Positions 10,741 through 23,076 of a stretch of DNA of 40,348 nucleotides are shown here, in pieces. Both the position numbers and the translations under genes were made by a program. Position 1 is the stretch's first letter. Each line of letters begins with the position of its first letter. This DNA comes from Catajapyx aquilonaris (taxonomy: Eukaryota), in NCBI GenBank assembly GCA_000934665.2, contig KZ538209.1, positions 62,001 to 102,348 of the forward strand, given 5' to 3'. The notes below the pieces were generated by a model. That model saw only the letters and a list, made by a program, of their open reading frames with translations, was not told the DNA's origin and made no database searches.

Positions 10741-13104
10741 CTACAACTGGAGTCTACATCATTCTGGGTTATAATATTGACACATGCGCAGCTGGTTGAG
10801 TGCGTGTAATTAATGTGCAGCATATATGGTATGACGATAAACGATCGTATAATGAGGGACCCTACGAAGAAGTGAGTCTTATTTATTCCCTGTGTACTCA
10901 AGTCTTTCGACAACTCCCAGAAATCCGTTATCGTCGTACAGCCAAGTGTCATCGTGTTCGATCCAACACTAAATGAATAATTTCCTCACGAAAACCTACC
11001 ATGCAGTTATCTCATTTGTCACTACTGACAGAAACCAATTTTAAAAGTACCTCCAAATGTCAATTAATTTTATACTGTATATTATAAATCAAATAATACT
11101 GTACAAACAACGCCCATTCAGTACAGGCTATTGATAATGTTATAAAATATTGCTAAGCTCATATCCGACTCAGACAAACGATCCCGAAATTTGTCAATCG
11201 TTTCGTGTGCCTTTAGTAAATATTTCAGCACATGCTTAACCTTACCCCAAGTTGACAAACTTGACAAAGAAAAAAAAATCAATGATTCAAGTTCCCCCAT
11301 CTCCCTATACTCACACAAAACAAGTCCATAACCTTCCCTTATTAGCCAGAAACCAGTATAATAGTCCCATGGTCCTACGTTCCGTGTTGTTTTTCGATCT
11401 ATATCAGGTGCACATTTAGCACGAAATATTCTTGCAGGTGATATAGAAGGAAGTGGCGAAGGGTAGGGGGAATGAGGAGGGAGGGACAGGGGGGGGGGGG
11501 GCACGAATTTAATTTTTTAAATTCCCGGATTGATCCCTCAGGTTGTGATAAGAAAGGTGGGGAGAATTGTGCGTGACGTTTTGTTTACACGCTATCCAGA
11601 TCTATTTTTGGTGTTCTAATTTATGTGTGCGTATGGGGGGTTGTATGTGAATGACCTCGTGCGAATCACCCTGAAGTTGCCAATAATAATGTGTGTGAAG
11701 AGGAATAGTATATGGACTGGACGTTTGGTATCAGACAAGGTCAGGTAGATTTACAGCCATTTTACAGTGAGCTGGTTGTGTAATCTGAGTCATGCAACCA
11801 CGGTGCCATTTATCTAGGAATTTTATATTTAATATGGGATAATTGGGGGAGATAGTTAAATTATTGCTGGAGAATGCGATTATGTTTGTGCAAAAATTAT
11901 TGGCATGATGGCCGGTTTTGTATTAACGCATATTAAGGAAATATATTGGGTATTTTAAAATTGTTCCTTAACTTAATGCCTTTAGAGCGATATAATTTTT
12001 ATTATTAAAAATAATAGTTACACGTCAATTTATTACTGTTGTACAAAATATTTCCGACAATTTAAAACACTGCGCTCATCAAGCTTTACATCTTGACTTT
12101 AAATATTGAAATAAAATCCCGTCTCAAAAAATCCAGCTCCAAGAAATGTTAAAAAACTACTTTTATAAAAGACATAAGCGCCCTAATAATAGTCCCACAA
12201 CGACTGTAATTAAGTTCATCTTTATGGTATATTTGAATAAGCCTGTCTATTGAACTTTGCAGGGTTCACAGTTGCCATTTCGTGACGTTCACAAGAAGAC
12301 TCACAGTGACTATAACATCATGTATTTTCGACATTTTGCAATACGTAGGGCACAGAAAGGCAATGAAATAATAGGGAATAGTTACGAGGTCGATAGAATT
12401 TCACATTTTGGCCAAAATCAATTGTTGGCGGCAAATGATATCACTTTCTTGATACTGCGTCGCGTATCAAATGAATTGACAGTCAAAGGACGAAGACCTG
12501 AAATAATGAAACTGAAGGATCAGTCATACAGGAGAGATTTTGAGATATAGAGTGTTTGAAGTTTTAAAATTTCATTCTCACTTACGGGAAATATCATGAT
12601 CTTTCAAATCTTTTCTTATGGGACAGTAATTGGCTTTTAGCAGAAAACTTATTTGACCGTCAGACAGTGTGCATCGAGTACTACATCACAAAATGCCTAA
12701 CACAGTTTCAACCAAAATGTGACTCTGATCGTTCTGCATATCAGGATTTCAAATTAAATGGGTGCAATTAAGTATAAGGTATAGGTGACCAATAACATTT
12801 TAAAAATATAACCTTGAGTATGCAATCTACAAAAATCCTTTATATTTTCCAGGCGAAAGTTACTTAGGCTTACAATCACTCAATTGACGAAAATTAGTTA
12901 CCGGTATGTTTAAAATTTAATTAATAATTTAGAGAGCATATTGCGCTGGACTGTCCATGGCAAAGAATAATGTAAGTGAATATGGTACCATAAGTCTAGT
13001 GTCGCAGAAGGATTACGATTCGATACGCTGCATAGAGTTTGAGGATTTACGTTATATTGCGGATATACATGAAATGTGGAAAATTTAAATATGGAAAATG
13101 TTGA

Positions 13105-13209
<105 letters not shown>

Positions 13210-14703
13210 CGCAAATCTGAGGTTCTTTATAAGGACGGAAAATTCATGGTATGAGTGTACCGGTATAATGAGAGGTGTATTATACAGTGTGGTCTAAGTA
13301 TTGGGTTAGTTATCGCCACTTTCGCCCGAAGGTGTTATTTTTTTGTAGCTTTTTGTAACCTGATAGATGTGCTCAATTATTTCCAGCAGTTGCTGTATAA
13401 TTGGGCACCTCGATCAGGACGCAACAAGCTACAAAAAATTACTTTCGGGTGAAAGTGACGATAACTAAAAGGCCCCCTAATACTTGGAACACTTTTAATA
13501 CGAAAGCATAATTATGAACTCAAATGAAAATAATAGTTATCAGCCGTCATATCTGAGCCATAGCATTCATTGTAACATAGCATAACATAATAATAGCAAA
13601 GCAATATTCGAAAACGTTAATTTTACCAGTCGTGTTACTGATAATACCCATTTATATAAAATAAATTAATTAAATTTTATAATAGTTCAGTATTAGCTTA
13701 AAATCGATCATGAAATCATGCTTCTGCAGCATTGAAAGACGTGATTGGGCATCGACTGCAAAGATCGGATAGAGCATGGCAAAAGATGACGAACGTGATG
13801 TCCTGGACATCGATCGAGGTGTATCGTCTGGTACGGAAGTGTAGGTCTTGCGTGACGTCAGGAGGAGTTGGCGTCACGCTTCCTTCCAAAATAGGATAAC
13901 AAACAGCGCCTCCCGACGCTCGTAAAAATCAGAGACTGGCCTTTCACCCGCAGAATTGCGCGCCTCAAATTACCCTTTATCGAATATTCCCGGCCTTTAT
14001 GTAGGTCGGGGGCACCCATGACCCCGATATTGTACGAGTTGGCAAGCACATGGCAAGATGCAATGTATAACAATATCCCCTGACTTTTTAGTTACAATGT
14101 TAATGTTAATTTGGAAATTATTGTGCGATTATACGGCAAGAATGCTAAGAGTTTTTGGATAGCAACTTTTAAACGGTAATCTGCTCATTTATTACATTGT
14201 AACATTGTAACAAGTCTCAGTTCAACAATTTAGATTGAGCAGATTATTTTCAAAGGCACGGTGACATTACGAAAGTAGGTAATATTTTAATAATCAGTAA
14301 TATCGACCGGGATGTAACATGCGTTTTCTTTTTTAAAACTAACTTCAATTTCCATCTTTACTAATTAAAATTGCCATTTGAGAAATGTGATATTGGACAT
14401 GTAATTCTCCCAGAAGAGGCCACGCCTAAGCCTGATTATGTTACTCGATGAGAGGGATACGAATGTTTCCTGACAAAGGTTGAATGTATGGGTTGTAGAA
14501 TACTGTCGCATAACAGAAATAACCGAGTGCTGGCAATTTACCAGACCAATACAAGAGATATCTGTGACTACAAAGAGACATTTTGTTCTCAGTTAATCAG
14601 ACGCTCGATGGTTTGGTCGATTGTCGAATTTCTATCGCCCTTCGAATGAAATCGAAGTCGATGGTGATGCTGATCCTCTTCTTTATGTTGCACATGCCAA
14701 CAG

Positions 14704-14775
14704 CGCTCTCACCAGGATTCGAACCCGGGACCTCCAGCTAATAAGCTGTTGCTCTTCCAACTGAGCTATGAGAGC
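14704..14775 (-). mobile_element. tRNA-derived repeat, copy 2 (6-nt anticodon loop)
   Basis: Minus strand reads GCTCTCA-TAGCTCAGTTGGAAGAGCA-ACAGC ttatta GCTGG-AGGTC-CCGGG TTCGAAT CCTGG-TGAGAGC-G. It shares the 5' leader ACAAACT and a similar 3' trailer with copy 1. Confidence 0.75.
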
Positions 14776-15844
14776 AGTTTGTTGTGTGGCATTTTTGAGG
14801 GTGACAGGACTCTTGTTAGGATAGGGTATGGGGTGTGAAACCATTCATATGAATATGCATGAAGTAAGTCACAGTGTCTCCCATATTGGACTAAACTAAA
14901 ATCAAGCCATTTTTTTTCAAATCTACGAAACTGGTTTTATCTTGCGAGTAGTATACTACAAGCCCATATATTTAGACCGAAGGAAACCTTCGCGTGCAAC
15001 ACATCACATTTGGCATTTTCAAATATTGATTCTGTTCTCAGGTCGAGTCTTACAGACTTTCTTCCACACCCTTGCCGTATTTCCACGCATATTTTTTTTT
15101 TTTCTTAAAGGAGAGATTTACATTTCCCTTGCCCACAAGCTTAGCTGGGTCCGTGGGGGCCATCAGGGCGTTGCCTTCAGAGTTTTAATCGTGATACGAG
15201 GGCAGGCAAATCAGCCAAAGTAGTTTTCCAGCTCATAAATTCCTTCCTAATGTATATAGCTGCAGGTCGTTGGCCCTCCCTCAGGCTTATAATGAGACAC
15301 ACGATATCCATAAAGGGGGGTATGGGGAGGAGAAGGTGGTGAAGTAGGGGGAGAAAAAAAAATTATAGCTTTCTGAAGAACAAAGTCTTGAAACACCGTT
15401 ACAAACTAGACTCACCTTCGATAGGTGCCCTACATATGCCTCAAACTACGTCCAGCGTCGATACAGTAGTATACTTACCGTGTTTTGATGCCTCTCCGGA
15501 GAGACAGTCATGGCCGCCAAATACAATATCAACATGGCGCCTGCGCACCCCCCCGTATTTCACACGTGTAGGCTCTTTGAGACAATGTTTGTGAATACTA
15601 ACCCCTCCCCCCCTTTGACCGCACCCTCATACGCACACAATCCCCCTTCCCTGTGGATATACATAAAATAACAACTGGCCATGAGATTTTAATGCGGTAG
15701 GGGAGGTTTAAACAAGTACTAGGGCTAGGGGGAGGGAAGGGATGCAAAATTCCCAGAGAAGCTGCACTGTCAATCACTGTCGGCAAGACCCAGTTGGGAC
15801 AAGTTGCCACTTTACCCACCCTTCTGTCCCCCACCCCCCCCCCC

Positions 15845-16059
15845 NNNNNNNNNNNNNNNNNNNNNNNNNNNNNNNNNNNNNNNNNNNNNNNNNNNNNNNN
15901 NNNNNNNNNNNNNNNNNNNNNNNNNNNNNNNNNNNNNNNNNNNNNNNNNNNNNNNNNNNNNNNNNNNNNNNNNNNNNNNNNNNNNNNNNNNNNNNNNNNN
16001 NNNNNNNNNNNNNNNNNNNNNNNNNNNNNNNNNNNNNNNNNNNNNNNNNNNNNNNNNNN
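15845..16059. other. Assembly gap between a poly-C and a poly-G tract
   Basis: Run of N with a C-run before and a G-run after. Confidence 0.97.
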
Positions 16060-17472
16060 GGGGGGAAATATTCGCATAGTTCGCAAAATGTCTATTGTTA
16101 GATTGGATAGCAAATCAAAGGACACATTTGGTCCCCGATTGAGCTGTGAGTAACAGCTGGGCTAAAACTAGTTATGGTCGAAAAAAAAAGGGTCGGGGGA
16201 GGGTTTGGATAGGGGAGCTCCCCCTTTGCGATGCCTTTTGCCAATATGAATCCGGTGAACTAGGTGATTTTAGACGGTCTTGCCTCCACGGCCATTAGGG
16301 TAGCGCTATCTTGCCACGGTGATGTCATGGCTCGAATGCGAGATTGCCAATTAGGGCTTAATTATGGACGGTAACGAAGTCACCAGATGTTATGGAATTA
16401 AAAATAATTACACGGAGATTAATATCGAATTGCATCTCTCGCTTGAAAAAAAAACTGGGTGCGTCAATCGCGTTAGGTTAGTTAGACGATTGTTATGTTG
16501 GCAATTTTGAGAATTAGGCAACGCAGAAGGGTTGGTTGAATGGACAAGGGTGAATGGTCGTGAATGTGGGGAGTGCGTGACGTACCGTACGATGACGCCA
16601 ATATTATTCTCCCCCTCTCATACCTCACCCGATACATTGTTGCCAAATGGTTAGTTCAAAGGGTGACTCGCCAAAACCCCGAAATGGGTCAAACTACGAT
16701 ACCGGTTGTACACATTCGCTTTAAAAAAACGTCACGTATGATTTCCCCTACCTCATGCATACATGAAAGTGTTTTCCCCTCACTCGTCACAACAAACCCC
16801 CGTCTCTTGGAACAGCACGAGCAAATGACACGCAGACTAAAGTCACCCGCTATTAACGGATCCCTATCTCAATATTTACGTGAGCACCATTGCGACCCTG
16901 TGCCTATCACATTTTCCTCTAGTAGTCCTACATCAGCCTAATTCCTGTCAATCATATCGATCCAAAATGCTGCCGAGAGGGCTAAAGAGTCAAGTCTCGG
17001 AACCGAAAAGTTTCTTCCGGGTTGAATCGAACTGGCAACGTGGCTCGACATTAGAGTACAAACGGTCACGCCAAGTTAGAGGGCAGTTGGGGGTGCTGGC
17101 AGGTTCCCCATCGAGCAAAGAAGAATACCCCCAAACACGCCAGGTCACCCCATGCTGACTGATTGCATATTATAGTATGGCCTTGCTGTAAGGCCACTGT
17201 GTCCCGGGTACTGAACGTTGGATATCGAAGTGTCACTGCCCCACAGTACCCAACAGAAACAAAGTCCAGTTCCCCCCAAACACAAGTACAAAATAGGAGT
17301 TCTTACTAACTGGAAACAGCGTTGGGGGGTAGGCTGCCCGGTGGAAGATTGTCACTGGCATGGTTACAGGCGAGGCCCAAAACAGGACTTCCAACACCAT
17401 CACCGCACTGAGATACGAAGACTCCGAACAGTCGGAATTAAAGCGAGTCAAATAGCACCGCCTCTAGTCGCC

Positions 17473-17566
17473 GTCACGTGAGAAATGACGTCAAGAGCGA
17501 CTCCACCGCAACACTTTGTTCCCTCTCGGACTGCGCACGCGACCTGCGCAGGACAGGTGACGTCAC
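17473..17566. promoter_or_regulatory. CpG-rich promoter-like motif cluster
   Basis: E-box GTCACGTGA (17473-17481), two CREs TGACGTCA (17486-17493, 17558-17565) and two TGCGCA NRF1-like half sites (17532, 17545), all within 95 bp. Confidence 0.4.
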
Positions 17567-20080
17567 GAGGCAATAGCAAGCCACGCCCATCATCTCCCAC
17601 CCAACCACCCCATCTCGTACAAAAAAAAAAAAATGGCAAGGTGAAAAAAAAGGTGATATGCAAAAAGTTGTTAAAAAATGAAATATATGTGTATATATGC
17701 GATTATCAAGCACAAAGCGTAGCGCATGTTTCTAATGCAAGTGAACCTTACCTGGTCGATGAAATGTCGATGATCCTCAGGATCAATGCTCAGGTCACGT
17801 CATATATTTTTCACCTCACCACGGAGTCTATACCTAGACGCTCATTCCCAGAACACACCTGGCTTTTCTCGACAAGACTAAGTATATGTGTTCTCTACAT
17901 ATTGCAAATACTGATCTGAGCCCGGTTTCAGGCAAAAAAGAAAGAAAAAAAGTAAACGCGATCTAAGCATAACGTTCTAAGTTGCACACTTCCTGAGTTG
18001 TGCGAGAGTTCATTGATGTCATGTCTCCCCCTATGCGTGTTACTATGCGTTCTATTTTCACGTCACATGGTGGTTATTTTTTGCCCACTCTGGTTATTTA
18101 CACTCGGTGTAGAATGATAACAATGCAGTTTATGCCCACTCCGAAATATTTTCCTTCCGAGCATGCCTCAGGTTGAGCTATACACACGTATCCTCTGTTA
18201 ACTGTTAACTAAATCATCGACATAGTATGTACCGGTACAGCAACACACATCCGGAATATTATGCAAATATCAATTTTGTCCTCCCTATAACAAAACGTGT
18301 GTTCGGAGTTTCATCCTGACTGTTCGACAACCCGTCCTACACATCTGACCACGGGGTGTAAAGGGGGAACTGACGAAACATAAAAACCAGCACGAAAGTA
18401 GGACAATGAGCTCGGTGGATAATTTTCCTCGAGCCAGCTACAGGCCCACACGAAGCCCTTTATAGAAGCACTGATTATAGCCGGCAAGAGTCAATATCTG
18501 GGGCCTTTCCCGGGATAAACGAGTCCAGCAAAGGGGGAAAATATCAAGCAAAATGGCACCGGTTGGGAAAGAAAACTGTTTGCAGTCGATATAATAAAGT
18601 ATCGCTCAGTAATGTCACGATCTAACCAGAAAAAACAAACACCCAACACTGGTTTCCCCCGGATAGTCACGTGGTCACCTATTTGACTTACTGGATACAG
18701 GACCCCGTAAGAAATCAGTATTTTAAGGGTACAATTTGGAATCGGGGGGTTACCTCCAAGGATGAGTCAGAAACGCCGCCGCACAACACCCCCTCGAGGT
18801 TGAGGTCACGAACCTCTAGCAAGGGCACAATGTCCACCCGAGGGGACATGCGAAACACCCGCACCCGCCAGGGCGTCTGCTCCAGACCCACTCCCAGCAG
18901 CCCTACCACTATTACCACCACCCATCCCACCCACCTACCACCCTACCCCACCCAACCCCGCCCCACCCTCTCTCTCATTGTGCCAACGACGATCGATGGG
19001 GCATCTACTCGCCCATTGTCACAGGGCGGCGTCACCCTTAAAACCAAGGGTATGACCTATCTACCCGTGGGTACAGAGGGAATCACATGCAACACAAACG
19101 AAAAAACTACCCCTCGGATTTTTAATTGGTAGTTTTTTTCGTACCAGGCACATTGGGGTACCAACCGGAAAGGACCTCTTGCGGGGGTTTTCCTTATGCA
19201 GGAGAGACCTGCCAACCTACAGCACAAATTGTGATGGATTTGTCAGTTCAACTTATGGTTGGTCATACACCGAATCGATTTGTATCTAACACAAACGGGA
19301 CTCTTTCACAAAAAACCTGAAATACACCTATCTCACTGTGGTCAACACACGCGCTACGACAAGAAAAGCACAGGGTGCAACCAGATGTGTTTTATTGAAA
19401 AAAAAATAAATGAACCAAACAAACAGCACACTTAGCATGCCACTTTATTAAATACAAAAACAATGAAAACAACAATTAAACCAACAATACTAATCTATAG
19501 GAAATACACACTATAAAAATGAACACAATAAAACTGAAACAACGAGGTGTGAAGCAGTCTGAAAAGGTGAAAGTCTTACTACCTGTGGCAGGTGAGAACA
19601 CCGGATCATCGTCGAATACAACTGGGGGTGGGGGGTGGGGGGGGGGGGGTTTGGTGGGGGTTGTCGTAAAGGGGGTTTCGGGGAAGAGGCGGGCGACCTG
19701 GTCTGCTGTGCCCGCCGGTATAAGGCGCCGAATGCTGGTGCCGTCCGAGCGTTGGCTCTGCACAGCTCCATGGAATCGATGCGGGAGGCCCCGTAGCCAA
19801 CATCCACCACGCCTGCGCACATGGGACATACACGACCCAACCCAGGGGTGGAACTGGAATCGCGCATCTTGCTGCTCCAGATCGGGGGAAACTGGAAGTG
19901 ATGCTGCCACAGGATCATCACTATGAGATGTGGCCAGTTATCATTTATTTGTACTATCTGAACTATTCAACGACCAATGGCGTTTTATTGAGTTAGATGC
20001 GGGTGTTCTGAATGACAATTGCAATTTTGATTATTTTTATATTGTAAAGGCTGTTTGGGAAATTGATGGGAGTGGTGGGT

Positions 20081-20083
<3 letters not shown>

Positions 20084-20143
<60 letters not shown>

Positions 20144-20310
20144 GATACCCTGTGATAGGCCTCCTTGGGCCTCTTAGGGGATCATCCTTTATTTAACCGA
20201 CTTTAATCATTGCCTGCGCTGTGATGGATTTTGATTGTGGGAGGAAATGGCAGAACCCCGAGAAAACCAACGCGAACACGGAGAGAACTTATCGAAACTA
20301 TATCCACATA
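20084..20310 (-). mobile_element. 5'-truncated V-domain SINE (V-SINE-like) with (TTA)n tail and 13-bp TSD
   Basis: 20236-20310 (TGTGGGAGGAAATGGCAGAACCCCGAGAAAACCAACGCGAACACGGAGAGAAC...CCACA) resembles the reverse complement of the V-SINE central domain. A (AAT)20 tail occupies 20083-20142. Identical flanks AGTGGTGGGTTTA lie at 20071-20083 and 20311-20323. The tRNA head is missing. Confidence 0.8.
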
Positions 20311-20767
20311 AGTGGTGGGTTTATCGTTGCTAGCGCTAAATATTATAGAGATAGACAATGGTCGGATTAACAAATCGAATTGACTAATTGGATGGTTATT
20401 TAACTCACTGTTGTAGCTTGACAATATTCAAATTTTGAATCAAGAGAGTTCCTGTAACTAGCCATACACTTAACTGAATAGTGGTTGAAATTTACAATGA
20501 TATGGTCATGATATATTTTGGCGTCCATCTTTTATTTGCTAGAGTTTGGAGAAAATTGTTTCTAGCGCCCCCTGTCTTGTATACAAAATCGGCCATAGTA
20601 AGTGCATATCTCAAATGCGCTCAAAATGTGACGTGAATAGTATGTTAATAAAAAAATAACCAGCTGACTTTGAAGTAATTCCATTACAATTTGAATCAGC
20701 ATCGCCTATATTGCCAATCAATGAGGAGTAAATTTATGTGCACTAGTAACTTGTTAGAATACATTTT

Positions 20768-20900
20768 TCAAGGGGTTAACCACTCGACTGTAAAGTGTAC
20801 ACTGGAGTACCAGGGAGTACCAAAGAGTAAGGTACCCAAGGAGTACCTGGGAGTACCACTGCAGATGTACACCGGAGTACCGAAGTGGTTAACCCCTTGA
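20768..20900. mobile_element. Small TIR element (MITE-like) with TTAA-containing ends and internal GGAGTACC repeats
   Basis: Perfect 17-bp inverted ends TCAAGGGGTTAACCACT / AGTGGTTAACCCCTTGA. Five GGAGTACC copies and two TGTACACYGGAGTACC units lie inside. Confidence 0.7.
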
Positions 20901-22948
20901 CTTTTGTGGTAGTATTTGACATTGTGCCATAAGGAAAGGAAAACAAGAATTATTCTCAACTAACACAAATATTTGTCAATCTGAGTTTCTGACTATTCAA
21001 GCAAAGGTTTATGAGTTTTGGTGGGTTAAATGGTTGAGTTTGGACTTTGGATTTTACAGTGAGAGATATATCAAAATGAATAATAAATATTATGAAATTC
21101 GGAACAATACTACTCAAGAGCAATTATTTGAAACACTTGACCAGGATCAGTGATTCCCAAATTGAGATTTTTCCGACCACTACTGTCGCACCATGCTGAT
21201 ATTATTTTATACCAGAGATTTGTAGCTTCAAAGTCATGTTAGTAGTCCCTGTATAAAGTGTGGTGGTAATCCTCCGAAAATACAGGTGGCATCAAAATAC
21301 TCGTTGATTTCCTCCCTCCCTCTGAAATAATCAAAACCTTACACACTCGATTCAGATAATGTCAATCTCTTCAAAACCAAATAGCCCGCATGTGCCATAT
21401 CCCACGCTGCTCGCGTTAAACTTATCACCACTTTTCAATAACGATGAACCCGGAAAATATAGGAATGTCGCCAGTTATCACGCAGCAGCAAACACTGCTC
21501 TTAGAGATGCGCGACGGATTGAACATGTTGATTTGGTCCAATCGCGCTGATTTGACACTTCCACCTTACACTTGTCCACAAAAGAAGAAAAAAAAATGCA
21601 CATATGCATAGTCAGATGTAGATATGCATGAGGGTGGTAGGTGCGAGATGCAGAGACAGGCGCTGCATCCTCCCGCATGTAGATCCGCTTCAGCCCCTTG
21701 TAGCAACCCTAGTGCTCATGCGTAACCCGCGGATGCCATGATTGCTGCAGCCACCTTTGTCCGACGGCTAAGGTGCGAAAGGGTGACGGGTCTGCGTTGT
21801 CCATAATCCCCACCCTCCCCCTCCCATATTCCCATCATCTATCCGGACACATATTCCAGTCCAACAGCCACACCTTCTCCTCTTACATACCAAGCAATTC
21901 ATACTACATTTTGTATCATTTTCAGTCTAACCAGACCTGTCCGTTTGCATCGCTCGTAAAGTTGACTGACGGGATAAGTGCAAAGCCACACGGTGGACCT
22001 TTGGCTCAGAAACGGACTCAATTACCTAAATACCTACACAGCAGATCGTGCTTATTTATGCTGATTGCTACCGAGCATTGGAGTCCAGTCCAGTGAAAAA
22101 TTGGGCGCAATTGCAACTCGAATCAGATTAGGGCTTCCTAGAGCTGGGGAAATGAATTCTAACCCACTATGCACAACCCTCCCAACCCCCGGCCTTTGCT
22201 CCCAACTCTATTCTTCAATTAGTCATTGTCGCCCTGTGATATTGAACACTTAGTCCCCACGCTCTGCTTGAATCGGGGGCTAGAGAGAGAGGGGGGGGGG
22301 AGAAAAAAAGCCAAATGGGTCTAACTACATTACAGGAATCAGTGGGCACAACGGGGAGAATTCTCATAGGAATGATGTCGATATAGGGCAATCCTTGCTG
22401 TTGGGGGAACACCCGACATGCAGTCTAGGCCCTGGCGAGGATATTCAGTACTTATGCTGCATGCTGAGCAGCAAAGGAGAAGGATCAACAAAAACATTGA
22501 TCTCCTGTCGGGGAGGCTGCGCCTGGATTTCCCCAGGACAAACTTTCCCTCAGAGTACTGCAGGTGCAAAATCACATTTGTATTTTGGATTGCAGAACAC
22601 TGATTTTTTTTGCACTGTTCGCCTAGTTTGCACATGTCTGTAGCTATGTTGAAACACTGGTTAGAATTTTTTCTATTTGAATGGCAAGTAAATGAATCGG
22701 TTCATAGAATTGGCGTCACATTAATCAAAAATTTGATTAAAGTTTTTGCAAACGGATTTTTATTTCCTGCTGATTTGATCGGACTATTCACGTGTGAAAA
22801 GAATATGGTACATATTATAATTATTATCTAATAATTATAATAAAACATTACATGCCATGAACTACTAGAGAAGCCGATGATATTCTCTTGTTTAAGAATG
22901 CTGCCAAAATTCCCAAGTTAGAAACTATCTTTCAAGGGGGGGGGGGGG

Positions 22949-23076
22949 NNNNNNNNNNNNNNNNNNNNNNNNNNNNNNNNNNNNNNNNNNNNNNNNNNNN
23001 NNNNNNNNNNNNNNNNNNNNNNNNNNNNNNNNNNNNNNNNNNNNNNNNNNNNNNNNNNNNNNNNNNNNNNNNNNNN
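22949..23076. other. Assembly gap between a poly-G and a poly-C tract
   Basis: Run of N with a G-run before and a C-run after. Confidence 0.97.

Noticed and set aside
11765..11810. miR-34-like 3' half (AGCTGGTTGTG..CAACCAC)
   Set aside because: The seed is absent and the stem is only ~8 bp.
12990..13011. miR-252-like sequence ATAAGTCTAGTGTCGCAGAAG
   Set aside because: Deletion within the seed and no convincing hairpin partner.
16128..16148. miR-133-like start TTTGGTCCCC
   Set aside because: The match is largely limited to the 5' 10 nt and there is no precursor fold.
19930..20196. ORF with poly-Asn
   Set aside because: Translation of the SINE's (AAT)n tail.
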